Positions 60,565 to 64,000 of a stretch of DNA of 64,000 nucleotides are shown here, one piece after another. This DNA is from a virus, in the IMG/VR virus record IMGVR_UViG_3300023174_009221; one strand, 5' to 3'. Positions within the stretch are counted from its first letter, which is position 1. Every line of letters starts with the position of its first letter. The position numbers and the translations under genes are program-made. The notes under the pieces were generated by a model that searched no databases, was not told where the DNA came from, and saw only the letters and a program-made list of their open reading frames with translations.

Positions 60565-61572
60565 TCAATCTTTTAATTTGATGTGTATATAAATCCAGAA
60601 TGAATTTGCCTTAAGACTGATTAATACCTTATCTGACCATTTTTTTGTCATTAACCATCTGACAAAATTTTGTTTGATATTCTCCAATTCACCTTCGTCT
60701 AATTTACCATTATCCCACTTTCCAACACCATACCAACCAAATGAAATGATTTTTTTTGTAATAGTTGGGTTTGATTTACTTTCAAAGTAGCCAGGAATAA
60801 ATTGCGCCATATCATTTTTGATACTACCCAAACATTTTAAGTCAAAATAATCGAATCCACTCAACGCTTGTCTTAATGAATTTGATGATTTTAATGCAAG
60901 TTTATTTATCCAATTGAGTGTTGATTTATTTAGTTTGAAATCTCCAATAACCACTCTTTGTTCTAAAATTATACCATATTCCAATCTACCATCACAACTC
61001 ACACCAAAATATAGCTTTACCACTGAACTTCCTATTTGAGGTTGTGAAAGATAACCAGTAAGTGAACGAAATCTTGAAAAAACTTGAGAAACTTCTAAAT
61101 AAGCCATCTCTGGTGATTGCCACCAAATTAACATATCAGCAGGCGTTTGAGACCAATTTGGATTTTCGTCTTTCAAACCAAGTGCTGTCCAGGTCTTTAA
61201 AAAAGACTGAAAAACACCACGACCAGCTTTTACAATTTGTGAATCCTGTAGTAAATTTTCCAACAAATCTCCAGTCTGAGTAGAAGCCATAATATCTGGC
61301 TTTTTTTCTTCAATGCCATGTTGTAAATAGTCTATAATTTGAGATTTAATCTCAGACTTTGTTCTATCAGGTAGCAGATTAACGGCATTTGATAATTTGA
61401 TTGTTGGAGAAATGTCACTCCCTAGATAAATTCCAGTTTCATCAGTAATATATCTGTTTACAATTCTCATTATTTCATCATCAGTGGATAGTGATTCTAT
61501 CCACTGACCAATAGAGTCAAAATCGTTGTAAGATTCAGAAATAAAATCTAAGTATTTTTTTATAAACATCAT
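60565..61572 (-). CDS. Putative internal head protein
   Basis: MMFIKKYLDFISE start; TAATATATA at 61575-61583. Confidence 0.75.
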   Translation of the reverse strand: MMFIKKYLDFISESYNDFDSIGQWIESLSTDDEIMRIVNRYITDETGIYLGSDISPTIKLSNAVNLLPDRTKSEIKSQIIDYLQHGIEEKKPDIMASTQTGDLLENLLQDSQIVKAGRGVFQSFLKTWTALGLKDENPNWSQTPADMLIWWQSPEMAYLEVSQVFSRFRSLTGYLSQPQIGSSVVKLYFGVSCDGRLEYGIILEQRVVIGDFKLNKSTLNWINKLALKSSNSLRQALSGFDYFDLKCLGSIKNDMAQFIPGYFESKSNPTITKKIISFGWYGVGKWDNGKLDEGELENIKQNFVRWLMTKKWSDKVLISLKANSFWIYIHIKLKD

Positions 61573-61630
61573 ATTATATATTAAAACCGATGAGATAAAA
61601 AAATATATAAACTAAAATAAATTTTAGTTC

Positions 61631-62836
61631 ATGAAAAACCTAAAAATTGGAATCACACTCAGTCTAGAGTCACTTTCAGAATCAATTTGGACCAACGGAA
61701 TAAGACAAAACGTGCTAATGTTAGCTCATCTATTGAAACAATCAAAAAACAATTACCAGGTTTGTATACTGAATACGAAAAAAATAGAAGAAGAAGAAAA
61801 ATTAAAAAAGGCACCTCATTTTGAAGATTTAGATATTTTTTATTTTAACGATAAATACCTGGAACTTGACCTAATTATTATGATGGGCTCTCAAGTCCAC
61901 GAATCGTATATTAAAAAATTCAAAGAATTAGGTAATAAAAAATATATCGCCTATAAATGCGGAAATAATTATATCCTACACGTTGAAAAAGTCTTATTTG
62001 ATGAAAATGTTGAAAGATATATGGAAGTTGAATCGTGTTTTGACGAGCTTTGGTACATACCACAACAACACGAAACAAATTCAGGTTTTTACAGAACTCT
62101 CTATAGAACCAATGCAATTATGGTACCTTTTATATGGCATCATAAATTTTTACTTGATGCAGTCACTGAGGTTGAAAAGGGATTCAAGAGCGGTAAATAT
62201 AAAAAAGATTGGAAATACGTGCCTTTCAAATCAGAAAAAACATTAGGTGTTATGGAACCTAATTTGAATATTGTAAAATACTCAATGATTCCAACTTTGA
62301 TTGCTGAAGAGTCTTATAGAACAGAAATAGGAAAAGAAAAAATAGAGGCTATAATGATTACAAATGCTGAAAAACTTAAGACTAATTTTGAATTTATGGG
62401 TCTACTTAAAACCCTTGATCTTTTTAAGGACCGTAAAGTTTTTGCAGAAGCCAGGTATCAAACGGCCTATGTTCTTACTCAGTATTTTGATGTTTTAATC
62501 TGTCACCAAGTGCTAAACCCCTTAAACTACCTTTATTTAGATGCCGCATTTTTAGGGTACCCAGTTATTCATAACGCAAATCTATGTAAGGATCTTGGAT
62601 ACTATTATGAAGGAGCTGATACAAAAAAGGGCAGTGAATTATTAAACTATGTCTTAACAGAACACGATAATAACTTAGATGAATACGACCAAAGAAATGA
62701 TAGAGTGCTTCAAAGATATCATGCAGACAATGAAGACTTAATCGAAACATATGATAAACTAATTGATAATCTTTACGCCGGTGGTAACTCACACTTAGTT
62801 TATAACCCAGACACAAACTTATTCGATAACATTTAA
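61631..62836 (+). CDS. DUF2827-family protein (glycosyltransferase-like)
   Basis: KIGIT...SIWTNGIRQN...MEPNLNIVK...HQVLNPLNYLYLDA...GYPVIHN...GYYY. Confidence 0.8.
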   Translation: MKNLKIGITLSLESLSESIWTNGIRQNVLMLAHLLKQSKNNYQVCILNTKKIEEEEKLKKAPHFEDLDIFYFNDKYLELDLIIMMGSQVHESYIKKFKELGNKKYIAYKCGNNYILHVEKVLFDENVERYMEVESCFDELWYIPQQHETNSGFYRTLYRTNAIMVPFIWHHKFLLDAVTEVEKGFKSGKYKKDWKYVPFKSEKTLGVMEPNLNIVKYSMIPTLIAEESYRTEIGKEKIEAIMITNAEKLKTNFEFMGLLKTLDLFKDRKVFAEARYQTAYVLTQYFDVLICHQVLNPLNYLYLDAAFLGYPVIHNANLCKDLGYYYEGADTKKGSELLNYVLTEHDNNLDEYDQRNDRVLQRYHADNEDLIETYDKLIDNLYAGGNSHLVYNPDTNLFDNI

Positions 62837-62837
62837 A

Positions 62838-62990
62838 ATGAACTACTTTTCGACTAAAGACCGATAAGTTTCAGGGAGACAAGCTCCTTCTTTTTAGACG
62901 TTTCAACGCTTATTTCTAATTTCTTGGGTCTTATTTTAGATCCATACCAAATTCACCACAGAAGCTAACGACTTCTGTGTTTTCTTTGTT
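62838..62990 (-). mobile_element. Non-autonomous miniature IS200/IS605 derivative (both ends + omegaRNA-like segment)
   Basis: 62838-62905 closely matches 44812-44880 and 62950-62990 matches 46105-46145; no ORF. Confidence 0.88.
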
Positions 62991-63000
62991 TTTCAATGTA

Positions 63001-63035
63001 AAAAAAAAAGAGGACTCGAAAGTCCTCTTTTTTTT
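63001..63035. terminator. Bidirectional Rho-independent terminator
   Basis: AAAAAAAAAGAGGACT-cgaa-AGTCCTCTTTTTTTT. Confidence 0.88.
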
Positions 63036-63067
63036 CATAAATCTAAAGATTGATTTAATCCTTAAAA

Positions 63068-64000
63068 TTAAGCTATAATTTGACCTGCAATTGTCAGTTT
63101 ATCACCTGGTTTTGGTAAATTTGTTGGGAAAAACGAAATTGAGCTAATACCAACCACACCAGTGCTTGTATTGTAGTCAGAACCGTTCTCTAGCAATACA
63201 CCGTTAATATAAACAAACTCACTACCAGCAATCATTTCATGAGTAAATGTGAAGGTATTGTTTGAACCGTCTATCGAACCAGTGTAAGTGTTTCTATTGA
63301 AGTCAGCAAAATTGATTGCAGAAATAGCAGCAGCTAAAGAATCATCAGCAGAAATTCTACTAGAAGTTTCAGTTGAAATCTGTGTAAATCTTACATTTTC
63401 TTCATTAGAAATTCTTGAATCCAAAGAATCATCAGCAGAAATTCTATTAGAAGTTTCAGTTGAAATCTGTGTAAATCTTACATTTTCTTCATTAGAAATT
63501 CTTGAATCCAAAGAATCATCAGCAGAAATTCTACTAGATCCTTCAATGGAAACCTCTATGTGAGCGTTGAATTCAACATCTGAAATTCTTGAATTCAAAG
63601 AATCATCAGCAGAAATTCTGTTAGATTCTTCAGTTGAAATCTGTGTAAATCTTACATTTTCTTCATTAGAAATTCTTGAATCTAAAGAAGCGTCAGCAGA
63701 TGTTCTGTTAGAAGTTTCAGTTGAAACTCTTGAATCAACAGATGTAACAGCAGATGTTCTAGCAGATTCTTCAGTTGAAACTCTTGAATCAACAGATGTA
63801 ACAGCAGATGTTCTTGCTGACTCTTCAGTTGAAACTCTTGAATCAACAGATGTAACAGCAGATGTTCTTGCTGACTCTTCAGTTGAAACTCTAGTTGTTA
63901 AAGAAGCATCACCAGAAACTCTGTTAGACTCTTCGTTAGAAACTCTAGTTTCCAATGAAGCAGCAAGAGAAGCGTTGCTTGAAATTGTTTGAGAGATTGA
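63068..64000 (-). CDS. 3' part of a Ser/Thr-rich coiled-coil repeat fibre protein (starts beyond the right edge)
   Basis: Frame stays open upstream of the track's 63955 start; 18-aa and 29-aa repeats; C-terminal GSIDGSNNTFTF...VYINGVLL..GSDY beta domain. Confidence 0.8.
   Translation of the reverse strand, partial: SISQTISSNASLAASLETRVSNEESNRVSGDASLTTRVSTEESARTSAVTSVDSRVSTEESARTSAVTSVDSRVSTEESARTSAVTSVDSRVSTETSNRTSADASLDSRISNEENVRFTQISTEESNRISADDSLNSRISDVEFNAHIEVSIEGSSRISADDSLDSRISNEENVRFTQISTETSNRISADDSLDSRISNEENVRFTQISTETSSRISADDSLAAAISAINFADFNRNTYTGSIDGSNNTFTFTHEMIAGSEFVYINGVLLENGSDYNTSTGVVGISSISFFPTNLPKPGDKLTIAGQIIA
63335..63950 (-). repeat. Tandem coding repeats of 54 bp (STEESARTSAVTSVDSRV) and 87 bp (STETSNRISADDSLDSRISNEENVRFTQI)
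   Basis: Visible in both DNA and protein; limits approximate. Confidence 0.9.

Noticed and set aside
63335-63950. 54/87-bp repeats as a CRISPR array or DGR template/variable repeats
   Set aside because: Contiguous, codon-multiple coding repeats; no adenine-specific mismatch pattern noticed and no reverse transcriptase in the window

Overview
A gene-dense, strongly AT-rich segment of a large tailed-phage (jumbo, T4-like) genome read in the standard code. The host is very probably Bacteroidota, given TAnnTTTG promoters with TTTG -33 boxes, a Bacteroidota-type bS21, and DUF2452- and DUF6576-like domains. It carries two tRNAs (fMet-CAT, Ser-TGA) and several giant virion genes (neck-like protein, 1764-aa YVTN/collagen-like fibre, 1053/1353/1825/1297-aa structural proteins, a coiled-coil repeat fibre running off the right edge). 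Other genes include a gp46/SbcC-like ATPase, a TOPRIM protein, an ECF sigma factor, two DNA methyltransferases, three peptidases, thioredoxin, DnaJ, CoaE and a DUF2827 protein. Highlights: (1) a dispersed translation toolkit of bS1-like, bS21, SmpB, initiator tRNA and an unannotated 37-aa ArfA-like ORF; (2) a phage promoter-like motif TAATATATA only 4-7 nt before many start codons, implying near-leaderless mRNAs; (3) nine genes sharing a T4 capsid-targeting-like N-terminal peptide, all behind that motif; (4) a LAGLIDADG intein in the Cys motif of a flavodoxin-family protein; (5) an intact TnpB element and a 153-bp non-autonomous copy retaining both ends and much of the omegaRNA; (6) two paralogous methyltransferases, each head-to-head with a giant virion gene. 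All family assignments come from motif recognition by eye, not database searches.
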